A DNA stretch of 64,000 nucleotides from Podarcis muralis (lineage: Eukaryota). The stretch lies in contig NC_135663.1 of assembly GCF_964188315.1 (NCBI RefSeq), positions 30,256,001 through 30,320,000 on the forward strand, written 5' to 3'. The position numbers were made by a program, and so were the translations under genes. This document shows, piece after piece, positions 37,506 to 49,672 of this stretch; position 1 is the stretch's first letter; every line of letters starts with the position of its first letter. The notes beneath the pieces are model-generated. The model was not told the DNA's origin. It was given only the letters and a program-made list of their open reading frames with translations, and searched no databases.

Positions 37506-38124
37506 TATTCTTTCAGGTCTTCTTCATGACATTTCTTGCCTGTATTTCTTCAAGGAGCTCTGACAAGTGCATTTTAGGCTTCCACCATTTTATTCTCATG
37601 ACAGGTTTGTGAATCTCTAGGAATTAAAAGCCAAAGCAAATTAAGGAATTACTTTAGTACATAAACTTTAACAGTGAAGGCACAAGGCGGATCTTTGACA
37701 GCAGAGGTTTTCCCAAGTTCAGTGCCACCACCAAAAATATCCTGCTTGACTTCTGAAGAGGACGGTGTTGGACAAGGACCTCTGACAAATATCTTAATCC
37801 CCTGACACAGTTGTATGGAAGTCTGCTGTCCTTCAGGCACTCAGGAACCATACCACAGACAGACAAGAACGAATTAACACTCCTAGAGAGATTTCCTCTA
37901 ACTCTCAGATTTCAGTACCAGTCCCATAACTGCATTCAATTACACACTCAATACATATTGACTGCATGTCACAGGGGGCTTCAAAGCCAAGATTGAGAGG
38001 AGTTTAACCTTTTACAGTCCATGTCACTGGATGCATCAGTTAATGGCTCTTAGGCCGGAACAGCTTAAATCAGTCAATGGCAATAACAGGTCTCTCTCAG
38101 CCATGCATTCTGGAGACAGGCAAG

Positions 38125-38197
38125 TAGAATCATAGAATCATAGAGTTGGAATAGACCACAAGGGCCATCGAGTCCAACCCCCTGCCAAGCAGGAAAC
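38125..38197 (-). mobile_element. Very short young CR1 3' end
   Basis: 73 bp identical to the reverse complement of 12376-12448. Confidence 0.92.
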
Positions 38198-38431
38198 TCC
38201 AACCAAGTACTATGACAAGTTTATTGGATTTTCCTGGGACAATTTGCTCGGATCTTGTAGCAGAAAAGCATGGCTTCTGAGCAGAGATTGTGGCCACTGA
38301 AGAGCATGTTTAATGGATTATAATGTGTCCACCCCCCCCCCCACTTCTGCTATAATTTAATCCTCCTTTCCATCTTCTCACTCCATCCTATTTTTCCTGA
38401 AGGATTAAGTGACTCATGTGTGCTGCAACAT

Positions 38432-38781
38432 AAAGGTAAAGGTAAAGGGACCCCTGACCATTAGGTCCAGTCGTGGCCAACTCTGGGGTTGTGGCACTCA
38501 TCTCGCTTTATTGGCCAAGGGAGCCGGCGTACAGCTTCCGGGTCATGTGGCCAGCATGACTAAGCCACTTCTGGCGAACCAGAGCAGCGCATGGAAACGC
38601 CGTTTACCTTCCTGCTGGAGTGGTACCTATTTATCTACTTGCACTTTGATGTGCTTTCGAACTGCTAGGTTGGCAGGAGCAGGGACCGAGCAACGGGAGC
38701 TCACTCCGTCGCGGGGATTCAAACCGCCGGCCTTCTGATTGGCAAGCCCTAGGCTCTGTGGTTTAACCCACAGCGCCACCC
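38432..38781 (-). mobile_element. Sauria SINE
   Basis: Near full-length body with (accttt)n tail. Confidence 0.94.
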
Positions 38782-39077
38782 ACAGCCTACTGCAGAAAGG
38801 TAAGAGTTGAAGAGTTGTGTCCATTGCTTCACTCACTTTGACCTGCTCCCATCCATCCCTGTCATTTTGCACCTGGAAGTCGCCTATGAAGAAAAATAGC
38901 CCTCAGGTTACATAAAAGGTCCCTATTCCAACAGTGGAAGAAGGGAGCTGGTTCTGATTATCCTGCTTCATTGTCCTGTGTTGTCAACCTTGGCCAGACA
39001 AGATGGAAACTGAAACACGGAATAGGGACAAAATGGTGGTGATTTTGCAGAAGAGGCTTTATATGTATTCGGATTTT

Positions 39078-39150
39078 CATAGAATCATAGAGTTGGAAGG
39101 GATCCTGAGGATCATTTAGCACAATCCGAACATGCAGCTGCCCCATACAG
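39078..39150 (-). mobile_element. CR1 3' end fragment
   Basis: tcatagaatcatagagttggaaggg tail signature. Confidence 0.75.
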
Positions 39151-41329
39151 GAATCGGAACTAGGCATTATCATCACAACTCACAATTAAATACTAAATTG
39201 TGATGATTTTCATTGCATAGTTAGTATTTTCCCCAAACCTCTGGTAAACATATCCATAGAAAGATGGCACAGGAAATCTCTTTTTAATATTGTTACCTTT
39301 TTTTCAACAGCTGTACTAAACCAACATGAGTTACATGTTGCTTCTGACAATGGATCGGATTCTTGGCAAAGTATTTAATGGAAGATTAAGGAAAGTAGGT
39401 CCTTCCAGAACTCTCACACAAGAACACAAAATAATTGCAATGAATTAAATAAGGGAACTCTTTTTAAATGTTTTATCAGAACATCTCAGTGTTACAAACT
39501 TTTTTCTTTTGCAAATGAATGATTGCTTTGAAAATAAAGACACTCACAAATTCCATAATTTGTGCCTATTTGCTCACAAAAAATGCCAAAACCTCTGATT
39601 GAAGAGGTTCATTGGAGAAATGTTGGATGCTATGGTGTTATCCGACCCCCAAGCCATCTGAAGGCAATCCTGTATAGGGAAGGTTTTTTAATGCTTAATG
39701 TTTTATTATGTTTTTATATATGTTGGAAGCTTCCCAGAGCAGCTGGGACAACCCAGTAAGATGTGTGGGGTATACATGGTAAAATTATCATTATGGAATG
39801 GGACGTCCCTATTCTCATCCGAGAAATGTTGGAGGGTATTTGACCATGCTAACAAATATCATACGCATGGCCAAATAAAATACACAGACATAAATATTAG
39901 ACATGTAGAGTCCTAAATGATACATGGTTGGAAACAGCTATATGTACAAAGGCATATAACCAGTGCTTTTTTCTGGGGGTACGCATACCCCTAAACATTT
40001 CGTGAATCTACCAGTAAGTTTGGCCTCATTGCAGGGAGGAAAATGAGAGTACCTCTAAACATTTTTTTTAAAGCACTGAATATAACTGAAATGCAACATT
40101 TTCTACGGTTTGGAAAAATAAATGGTTTTAATCATTCTACCCACAATCATTTGATCCACACTGGCAGAAATGACATCTACACAATACCTAATCATTTGGG
40201 GGTTATTTTGTTATTGAAGGTCCAATCCTTTACCCACTTCCTGAGAGTAAGCTCCATTGACTGTGTTGGCTTGCTCTGTAAAGCAGTTTATTGTGTGATT
40301 TCTTAACTCAGAGTTTTACATTGCACAACCTCCGTACAATCTGGCTGTTTGGCTGTTATTTCTTTGTTGATTTCTCCTCCTTTGACTACTCATCCCCGAT
40401 CTTCCTTATACCCAAGTTTTAGGAACCACTTCTTTGTACTGAACTGTTTTTAGTACAGAAAGTAAGATAATAGATTGAGGGGGGAAACCACCTCACATTT
40501 TATTTTAGGATTTTTAGATCCCTATGTGTTTGACTATCATGCATAACATTTTCATTACTGTCCCTGAAGCATGTGATCTATTTATTATTACACAGCATGA
40601 GAACTGTCTCCATTATAATTGCCCTCAGTTCTAACACTTATCATTAGACATGCCTGTTCTTTGTAATATAGTGTCCAAAATTTGATTTAAATTAGTCCAC
40701 TATATAACAGTGCTGTGACAAAAGTGCTAGAGTAACGAAGCTGATAAATGATTGAAATTCGTATTCTGATGGGGAGCATGAGAAGGGGATTATTAATTCA
40801 CTCACAACAATCTGCATTTACTTTGCTCCAGTAAAAGCACTTAGGCATGATGAACAGCAGTGAGATTTTAAATCTGAAAAAGAGCATTGTGGTCGTGTTC
40901 AGTGATTATAACTGGGCGATGATCTTGGACATGGGACTGAGATGTCCCCAGACCACACAGTTACCATCTGGTGGCACTTTTAAACATAGGTGCACCAACT
41001 CTCTGGGACTGTGAGTGCTCTAGCCCCCACAAAATTTTAAATGAGGGAGGTGAGGGGCACCCACAAAGTGTGGCGGTGGCCACATGTACTCTGTGGGGGT
41101 TTTTGCGCACAGCATCATCATGCCACCACTACATGCATGAGTGACACCCATTGGTGTGCTCATGTAGTGTATGCACACCGGTGGGCATGAAGGTGTAGCA
41201 CCCGCCCGTCGGGGGGTGCTAACATGGCTTGTACAAGCTCCTGGCATGCGCGCACATCCCATGATGGCGCACGGCCACAGGCACCTGTAGTCGCTGGCTC
41301 CAGCCGGTGCCACTGTTTAAGCATGTCAC

Positions 41330-41673
41330 AGGTAAAGGTAAAGGGACCCCTGACCATTAGGTCCAGTTGCGGACGACTCTGTGGTTGCAGCACTCATCTC
41401 ACTTTACTGGCCAAAGGAGCCGGCGTACAGCTTCCGGGTCATGTGGCCAGCATGACTAAGCCACTTCTGGCGAACCAGAGCAGTGCACGGAAACGCTGTT
41501 TACCTTCCCGCTGGAGCGGTACCTATTTATCTACTTGCACTTTGACATGCTTTCGAACTGCTAGGTTGGCAGGAGCAGGGACTGAGTAACGGGAGCTCAC
41601 CCCGTCACAGGGGTGACCGCCAACCTTCTGATCGGCAAGCCCTAGGCTCTGTGGTTTAACCCACAGCACCACC
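41330..41673 (-). mobile_element. Sauria SINE adjoining an older GC-rich DNA element (~40985-41330)
   Basis: Sauria body and tail; upstream catagg-gcaccaactc terminus. Confidence 0.92.
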
Positions 41674-41760
41674 AGCATCATAGGATTGGGCTATTGCATA
41701 AATTTACACACTGGAACAAGTATGTAGATAAACATAAACAATGAACACCAGTTAAATCCC

Positions 41761-41762
<2 letters not shown>

Positions 41763-41798
<36 letters not shown>
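41763..41798. repeat. (TG)n microsatellite
   Basis: Direct reading. Confidence 0.97.
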
Positions 41799-41799
<1 letters not shown>

Positions 41800-42272
41800 C
41801 AACTTCCACAATTCATTTTTGCGTGGGCATAAAACTTCTTCAGCAACTTATTCTGCAGGAGTTACATGAGGTCAGCCTGAAGCAGTGGAGGCTAATGAGT
41901 TCCAGACTCAAGCTCATCCTGTTTCAATACTAAAGTTCGAGAGAGAAAGAGAGATACAGAGCTAGTACAAAAGTGAATCTGAAACTGGAGTTTTGGTCCC
42001 ATTTGAGATGAAAAATATTATCAGGCATTCCAGATTGCTGAAAGGAGAGGCAACCATTTCCCTTATGAGATTTAGTTAAAATTGCCTTCCTAATTTGAGA
42101 ATAGGAAGAATATATACATCCCTATCAAGGGAATCCTTTTGTTTGAGGGAGCTCAAATGTGTACATGAAACTTCCTCACCTCCAATCATTTTAACAGAGG
42201 AATTTTTTTAAAAAAATGTTTGTCCCTATACATATATTAGTCTAGGGGTATCCAGCATTGTACTCTACTGTT

Positions 42273-42645
42273 AAAAGGGACGCGGGTGGCGCTGTGGGTA
42301 AAACCTCAGTGCCTAGGACTTGCCGATCGTATGGTCGGTGGTTCGAATCCCCGCAGTGGGGTGAGCTCCCGTTGTTCGGTCCCAGCTCCTGCCCACCTAG
42401 CAGTTCGAAAGCATCCCTAAGTGCAAGTAGATAAATAGTACCGCTTTATAGCGGGAAGGTAAACAGCATTTCCGTGTGCTGCGCTGGTGCTGGCTCGCCA
42501 GAGCAGCTTCGTCACGCTGGCCACGTGACCTGGAAGTGTCTTCGGACAGGGTTGGCTCCTGGCCTCTTAAGCGAGATGAGCACGCAACCCCAGAGTCGGT
42601 CACGACTGGCCCGTACGGGCAGGGGTACCTTTACCTTAACCTTTT
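42273..42645 (+). mobile_element. Full-length Sauria SINE, gggcaggggtacc subfamily
   Basis: 12-bp TSD TACTCTACTGTT (42261-42272, 42646-42657). Confidence 0.96.
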
Positions 42646-42727
42646 TACTCTACTGTTGCCATCAGCCCCAGCCAGCCAGATGGAGAGCACCAAGTCAACT
42701 ATTCCTGATCTAGTCCCTACATGAAAT

Positions 42728-42958
42728 GAAGAAGAAGAAGAGTTTGGATTTGATATCCCGCTTTATCACTACCCAAAGGAGTCTCAAAGCAGCTAACATT
42801 CTCCTTTCCCTTCCTCCCCCACAGCAAACACTATGTGAGGTGAGTGAGGCTGAGAGACTTCAGAGAAGTGTGACTAGCCCAAGGTCACCCAGCAGCTGCA
42901 TCTGGAGGAGTGGGGAAGCAAACCCGGTTCACCAGATTACGGGTCTACTGCTCTTAAC
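42728..42958 (-). mobile_element. Squam3-type tRNA-derived SINE
   Basis: Minus strand reads ttaagagcagtagacccgtaatctggtgaaccgggtt...gggtgaccttggg...aaagcgggatatcaaatccaaactcttcttc, as in recalled Squam3 consensus. Confidence 0.82.
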
Positions 42959-43195
42959 ATGGTTCTAACTTTGGAAAACCCACTAGAAAGTATACCAACA
43001 GTACTGGAAGAAATAATGGGGTTTTTGTATTATTTCTGTTTGCATTGAAATGTAGTAGAAATGCAAATAAATATCAAAAAATTAAAATAAATGCATGGTG
43101 TGGATGTAATACCAAACATCTGCAGGACACCAGGTCAGAAAGGTTTGGCTAGAGACTGCATAATATTCACAGTGTAACTGTGTTCCTATGTCATA

Positions 43196-43544
43196 AAGGT
43201 AAAGGACCCCTGACAATTAAGTCCAGTCGCGAATGACTGGGGTTGCGGCGCTCATCTTGCTTTACAGGCTGAGGGAGCTGGCGTTTGTCCACTTCCGCAG
43301 ACAGTTTTTCTGGGTCATGTGGCCAGCATGACTAAGCCACTTCTGGCGAAACCAGAGCAGCGCACGGAAGTGCTGTTTACCTTCCTGCTGCAGCGGTACC
43401 TATTTATCTACTTGCACTTTGACGTACTTTTGAACTGCTAGGTTGGCAGGAGCTGCGACCAAGCAACGGGATTCGAACCGCCAACCTTCTGATCAGCAAG
43501 CCCAAGAGGCTCAGTGGTTTAACCCACAGTGCCACCCGCGTCCC
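43196..43544 (-). mobile_element. Full-length Sauria SINE
   Basis: 12-bp TSD TCCTATGTCATA (43184-43195, 43545-43556). Confidence 0.96.
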
Positions 43545-43637
43545 TCCTATGTCATAGCACTATTATTTAATATCTATAATAAATGCAGATTTGCCGGAAT
43601 TTTTTTGCAGTGTTAGCCATATCATCATTGCATTAAT

Positions 43638-43762
43638 GGGGAGAATCATAGCTCAGTGGTAGCACATCTGTTTTGCATGCAGAAGTTCCCAGGTTCAATT
43701 CTTGGGGAGCAGCTGCCACTCACTGTGGCCAATGCTGAGCTGGATGGACTAGTGGTCCAACC
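43638..43762 (+). mobile_element. Squam2-type tRNA-derived SINE, internally deleted
   Basis: Head catagctcagtggtag...gcatgcagaag-tcccaggttcaat with A/B boxes, then gagctggatggac body. Confidence 0.72.
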
Positions 43763-44169
43763 ATGACTTTTAAGGACACCTGAGTCAATGCAGTGCAACT
43801 GTTCCTGCATAACACATAGTTCAATGAATGATGGGTGTGTGTGAGAGAGAGAGGGAGAGAGAGAAATTCCCCATCGCTCCTTTTGAGCACCAGTTCATTT
43901 CATAGGGTAATGCACAGGAGAACATCCCAGTGGACGTAGAAAGAATTTCAGAATGACTATTTTCTCCATGTATTCCACACACAAAATTGGAGATGCTAGT
44001 AGTTTTAAAATTTCATCTAAGTGACTAAACCTGAGCCAATTTTCTTAGTATTTTTGATGGAACATTCCTCTTAACCTTGGAAAGAAATATGAGGGTTTAA
44101 AAACTTGGATTCTATATAAATGAAGTGGCATTTAGGTTCTCCCCACCTCTTTCACTCTTTATTAATCAT

Positions 44170-44234
44170 TGTGGTGTTTTAAATTCCTTTTTTGTGGTGT
44201 TTTAAATTCCTTTTTTGTGGTGTTTAAAATTCCT
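44170..44234. repeat. 23-bp minisatellite, ~3 copies
   Basis: tgtggtgttttaaattccttttt starting at 44170, 44193 and 44216. Confidence 0.93.
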
Positions 44235-45313
44235 CTTTTTTCTTTTTCTTTTTGCTAAGACGTTGAGGTTAGCAAAATAAAGATGGCGGCAGCATTGATA
44301 TTGATGCTGCTGATGCTGATGGTGACAATAACCCTCTCTATTAGTATTTGCCTGCAAGTGGCTGACTTGGTCTCTAGAGCTGATTCAGTGAACAATTTCC
44401 ATTAGCCCCCTTTTAATGAACTGTGGAATGTAAACACTTCGAGAATTCCAGATACGCTTTCTTCATGTTGGTGAATTCATAAGTTGAAGCATAAAAAGGT
44501 AAATCCCTATTCATACCATTGTGCTTAACAGATCTGTCAGTTTCTCAGTTCTTAATGCCGGGCTTTTATATAATTTATATCCTACGCATAAAACCTTGCT
44601 AAGGGCTAGGATTTAGCATACAAGAAAATGGCCATTATAATTGATCAGATTATTCATTAGCTTTTCACAATTGCTTTGGCAAGGAAGGATGAAATGGCTC
44701 CCTCTATGTGCTGCTAAACCTTTCACATTTTATTTCTTCCAAAATCAAATGCACGTGTTTTATTTGCCAAAATGTTATTGCTTTCTTTGTTGCCTTTCAC
44801 ATGCAATACTTATTTTAATTTGGTTAAAAATGAGTGCCTTTGCATGTGCTTCTGTGAATATGTCAGCAACGCCAATAATAGCCCCAGCTCCACGCTACCA
44901 AACACTCTTGAACCCTGATCTCCTAGGAACTCATCCAACACTTATTACACCACATTGGTTTATGTTTCTTTATGTTGGGAAAAGTTTCACCTCTTGAACC
45001 TCTGCCTGTCAGTAGCTATTAAAGATGCAAGACCTTTGCCAGAGAAAAGGATAGTAAACCTAGTGGCAAATAAGAACTTGGTCCACTTTAGGGTACTTCC
45101 CTGTCCCCTGCTTAATAAATAAATTAAAACTTTGCATATGGTTATTCTGTAAATTTTCCATGCTAGAGGCAAGCCTAAAGCAAATCTTTTTTGGACAGTT
45201 TTCAGCAGGAAAAAAAAATCAGTTTACTCATATTGAAGGAAGGTGACCAAACTATGTCTTTCTTGTTTAAAATGTTTTCCACCTAGCTGATAACTGGCTG
45301 CTTTGAAGGTGTG

Positions 45314-45316
<3 letters not shown>

Positions 45317-45354
<38 letters not shown>
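45317..45354. repeat. (TA)n microsatellite
   Basis: Direct reading. Confidence 0.96.
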
Positions 45355-45359
<5 letters not shown>

Positions 45360-45493
45360 TAAATCAGGCAAATGTTGTATAGTGCTTTCTTTTTCTCTGC
45401 TGATTGAGGTGAGTTTCCAAAATAGATGCTTGCAGGTTTTAACAAAATCATTTGCTTTTCAAATCGCTATGATAATTAAAATAGTCATAGACG

Positions 45494-45631
45494 CATGGAC
45501 GTAGCCAGGATTCTTGTTAGGAGGGCAGGCTTTTCTTGAGGGGTGGGGCAGAACCTCAGATTTGTATTGATTTTGATTGATTGGGAGGGCAGGTGCCCCC
45601 CCCCCCCCCGTTCCCCCTGGCTACACCTATG
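45494..45631. mobile_element. Non-autonomous DNA element with TIRs catgg-cgtagccagg / cctggctacacctatg
   Basis: Imperfect TIRs; no clean TSD. An orphan left end of the same family sits at 27975-27995. Confidence 0.65.
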
Positions 45632-45878
45632 CACACCATAGATTTAAAGCACTATATATGGCAAGGGTGCCCCAAACTTTGTGGACCAATGGTAACATTT
45701 TGAAAGATTGAGAGTGCTGTAGGTGCAAGTCACAAAACAGTTGCTGCAGGGAGGTTCATGGCATAACACAAAGTGGCTGCGATGAGGAGCATCACTGTGA
45801 TATTCAGTTGTGAAGTGGATGTGAACTGAAATATTCATAGGTGTTCCACTGCCTGATGAATTCTGCAAGGAAGCTCTC

Positions 45879-46279
45879 TGTCAAGTGTGCGTGCAAGAGC
45901 CAGGCCCTGTGACCAATAGGACTTTGCAGGACTGGGGCCTTCCTAAGTTTGTTCTGAAGAGGCAAGGCACGGCCACACAGGTGAGGCTGATTGGTAACTC
46001 CCAGCATCTGGTGGCAAGAGCCAGGAAGGGATATAAGGTCAGCATTTTGCTTTTTGCTACAGCAACACGTTCCCTGCCTTGCTGCATTTGGTTCCTTGAC
46101 TCCTTGCCTCTTGATCCTTGGACCCTTGACTTTGTAACTCCTTGCTTCCTGACCCTCAGACCCTTGGCTTCCTGACTCCTGGATTCTGGACTCCCATTGC
46201 TGCTCCCACCCCGCCATCTTGTCCCCAGTCCCAACGTCCCCAGCCAGGACTTTGATCGCCCCTGAACCGGACTGTGACA
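45879..46279 (+). mobile_element. Solo LTR (401 bp)
   Basis: TGTCA...TGACA termini; 5-bp TSD CTCTC / CTTTC; CCAAT motifs and TATAA at 46032. Confidence 0.82.
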
Positions 46280-48469
46280 CTTTCATTCAGCACACCAGTT
46301 TGATTGTATGACTCTTCCGTTGACATAGAGAACAATTCATGCATGAGATGGACCTGAAGCTGAGGCTTCAGTCCCGCCCAGAACACCAACAGCTGTGTTC
46401 ACAAATATCCAGTGGATTGTATTTTTAGAAGTGTTTCAGATCTGTAGTTTTTGAGGGAACGTTACATTTTCATTGCAAACATTTACTTCACTGTTTACAC
46501 TGTTCTTGTTTACAAAGTCTGTTTTGAGCAGTGTGTAGGCAACAAATATAAGGCAAGCCAAAAAGGAAATTGTTCTTTGTATTCATTCTTTTGAAAAATG
46601 TTGCTCTTTTGTATTTTAAAAATGCCTTTAAAAGATATTTTTAAAAATTCTTTAAGATGCTAGAAATTCAAACAGCCCACAGATTGCATTAAACACATCT
46701 GCTTTCATTATGGTCAAGTAATTAGTCCTTGGAGTAAATGCATCTGCTTTGTTTAGATAAACCAGTATTTTAGTTGTTTTTTCTTTTTGGCAAATGCTTC
46801 CATTGCCTCTACACAAACCTCAGCCAATAAACACCCTTATTGTGATCTTATGGCAGTAAAAAATACATATGTTGTACCAAATGTGACAATAATTTATTAG
46901 CTGGAAATAAGAGTTTAATTTGCTGCCGAACTGTGTAGACAACCTAAAGAGAGGAATCCTGGCATCTATTTTCTTCCTTATTTATTCATTATTGCCTTGT
47001 TTCAAATTAACACAACGGCTTTATACACTGTTCTCTGCATATTGTTAGATCCTTTGCCAATGCTTTCTGCAGTCCTTTGGAATCTTTCAGATTATTTAAC
47101 ACGGTTTAGATCATTCCTTTGGCTCTTGTAGACAAGAAGGCATTTTTATTTTTATTTTTTTAAATACAATTGTAAGGGATTGAGCCCAATGAGGTCCTGA
47201 TCTATTTGTTTTTATGCAGAATGAAGCACTGCACCCACTCCACTCATGACATACCACTGGGGTGTGGAATGGGGAGGTGAGATTAGGAAGAGATTGTCAG
47301 ATAAGATTATATTATTCCATATATGAGAAGGTCCTCTCTAGGTCTAGACCATACAGCCTGTGTCTGGTAGTGCTCCCAGATAGTAGTTTTGCTGGACGGT
47401 CTAAGAGACGGTCTAAAGAAAATGGGATCCCCTCCCCCTCTTTCTTTCTCTCTCTCGCTCTCTCCCTCTCTCCTTCATGTAAATATTTTTGGCTACATGG
47501 TGATGTGACATCACATTGCCTATTTCTTCATATAGATTAAAGTTAGAAGCAAGCCTAGGGAGTATTTGCAGGGAAGAATTAGCTGGCCTTAGAGGGTTAA
47601 TCGTCTAGAGCAGTGGTTCTCAAAAAAATAATTAAAATACTTAGGCAGAAATCCTATACATATTTATCTGAGGGTAAGTCTCACTGAACTCATTGGAGTT
47701 TACTTCTAAGTAAAAATGTATAGGGTCGCACTGTTAGCATTTAATTGCTTTAAAGAAAATACATATTCTCTTTATCTTGATTGCAATTGCATACTTATAG
47801 TCTGGATTTTTTTAAAAAAGAACGTGTAGATTAAGTTCATTAAAATTAATTTGAGTTTCATAGCTCTGGTGTTCTGCCCTTCATAATGAAAGTGATCAAA
47901 GATATATCATGCTTTGAATTGTACTCATGAAATATGAGTCTCTGTCTGGAAAATTCAACTTCAGCCAAATGAAAAATGTGTGGTTGCATGCACTTCTGAC
48001 TTAAGTTCAAAGAAATACAAGCAAGAAACTGCCAAGAGATTTCTGATATTTAATTGCTGCAATCTACTCACAAAATGCTCAGTAATATATCACATGTTCC
48101 TAAGACGAGCATATTCATGTAAACAGTGGTTAATTTGTAAAATGAACTCTGTCTGGAAACCATGCCTTCTGATTTTCAGTTTGTGATATGAAGGGATTGG
48201 TTGTCATTCCTCATCCAACAGATAAAAGAAGACATTCTGCTCATACTCAGAGACATTTTCTCATTTATATTGGCCTCCGGTCTTATTTACAGAGCCAGCC
48301 CAAGACGTTTTGTTGCAAGATGGTACCCGCCTCACATTCCGCCATCTCAACTGGCAGATTAATCTTAATCTAGTACTAGCAACAGGATAGTGTCATTCTC
48401 TGAGGGCAGCAGGCTAGTTATGAGGGTGTAGGACAAGCCACAAGGCATGCAAAGTTCTATCCTCCAACA

Positions 48470-48584
48470 CAGGCAATGTTTTGGGATTACAACTCCCATC
48501 ATCCCTGACCACTAGTCCTGTTAGCTAGGGATGATGGGAGTTGTAGTCCCAAAACATCTGGTGGGCCGAGTTTGCCTATGCCTG
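48470..48584. mobile_element. hAT MITE with partly deleted left arm
   Basis: Perfect 8-bp TSD CTCCAACA (48462-48469, 48585-48592); same family as 29430-29559. Confidence 0.92.
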
Positions 48585-49000
48585 CTCCAACACAAGGACA
48601 TGGTCAGGGAAGTTAGAAGGAACCAACATAAATGGCTGTTGCTACTGCCCCCTAACCAGCATCTGCCACCTGAGGTAGTTGCTTCACTCTGTCTCATGGT
48701 AGGGCTGGACCTATTTAACTATGACCAAGGCCTGGTACAAACCCCAGCAAGTCTTTGTTCAAATGAAGTCCTGCTTTTAAGACAATTTGAAAAAGTAAAT
48801 GTAGTGACCCAACTCAACGTCTACACTCTTCAAGTTGCTTACAAACTTACATTTCTTAAAGCAAAGCAAAAAAATGAAACTATACACAACCTAACAAATT
48901 GGATGTCATTAATTTGGGAGGGTTGAGCATGAGAAGGCTGTTTAATGAAAACCTTTGCTCCTCACAAAACACACTGCTTGGTGGCAGAGGCTCAGAACTT

Positions 49001-49082
49001 CTAGCAGCATTATCCATTCCAGCATAACTATCTAGCAGCATTATCCATCGCAGCATAACTATCTAGCAGCATTATCCATTCC
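49001..49082. repeat. 31-bp tandem repeat, 2.6 copies
   Basis: ctagcagcattatccattccagcataactat starting at 49001, 49032 and 49063. Confidence 0.95.
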
Positions 49083-49176
49083 TTTCAAAAGCACCTTTAG
49101 GAAGCCTGCTCTGCTAGAAGACAATGCTCCCCCCACCATCTCTGTGATTTGGTTTCATGGTATCATTCTGTAGTCA

Positions 49177-49238
49177 TTCTCTAATGGGCTGTGTGATAAA
49201 GCCCCAGTTCTCTAATGGGCTGTGTGATAAAGCCCCGG
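49177..49238. repeat. 31-bp tandem duplication
   Basis: ttctctaatgggctgtgtgataaagccccag starting at 49177 and 49208. Confidence 0.95.
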
Positions 49239-49402
49239 TTCATGCCCTTGCTTTAGTGATACTGTGCAAACATGCAGACTCCCGGAGAAGACTCTGCAGC
49301 CACTTTACTCATCCGTGGTCCTTTTTCCTGCTGTGCTTCACTAAGTTAAGCCATGGGTTGGCTAAGCATCTCTTTCAGACCAGGCCATTGTGATATCAGT
49401 AC

Positions 49403-49403
49403 T

Positions 49404-49458
<55 letters not shown>

Positions 49459-49672
49459 ACCCCACCCATCTGGCTGGGTTTCCCCAGCCACTCAGGGCGG
49501 CTTCCAACAAAAGATTAAAAATACATTAAAACATCAGTCATTAAAAACATCCCTAAACAGGTCTGCCTTCAGATGTCTTCTAAATGTCAGGTAGTTGTTT
49601 ATCGCTTTGACATCTGATGGAAGGGTGTTCCACAGGGTGGGCGCCACTACCAACAAGGCCCTCTGCCTGGTT
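49403..49672 (-). mobile_element. L2 LINE 3' fragment with (TTTC)n at its tail
   Basis: RQRALLVVAPTLWNTLPSDVKAINNYLTFRRHLK; same family as 34391-34766. Confidence 0.92.

Noticed and set aside
43638-43710. tRNA-like sequence with A and B boxes
   Set aside because: It is a SINE head continuing into Squam2 body sequence, with no complete cloverleaf or acceptor stem.
45804-46389. Cluster of 77-160 aa ORFs
   Set aside because: All lie within or across the solo LTR 45879-46279; no gag or pol motifs.
49001-49238. 31-bp repeats of CRISPR-like length
   Set aside because: Units are directly adjacent with no spacers, no cas genes are present, and the DNA is vertebrate.
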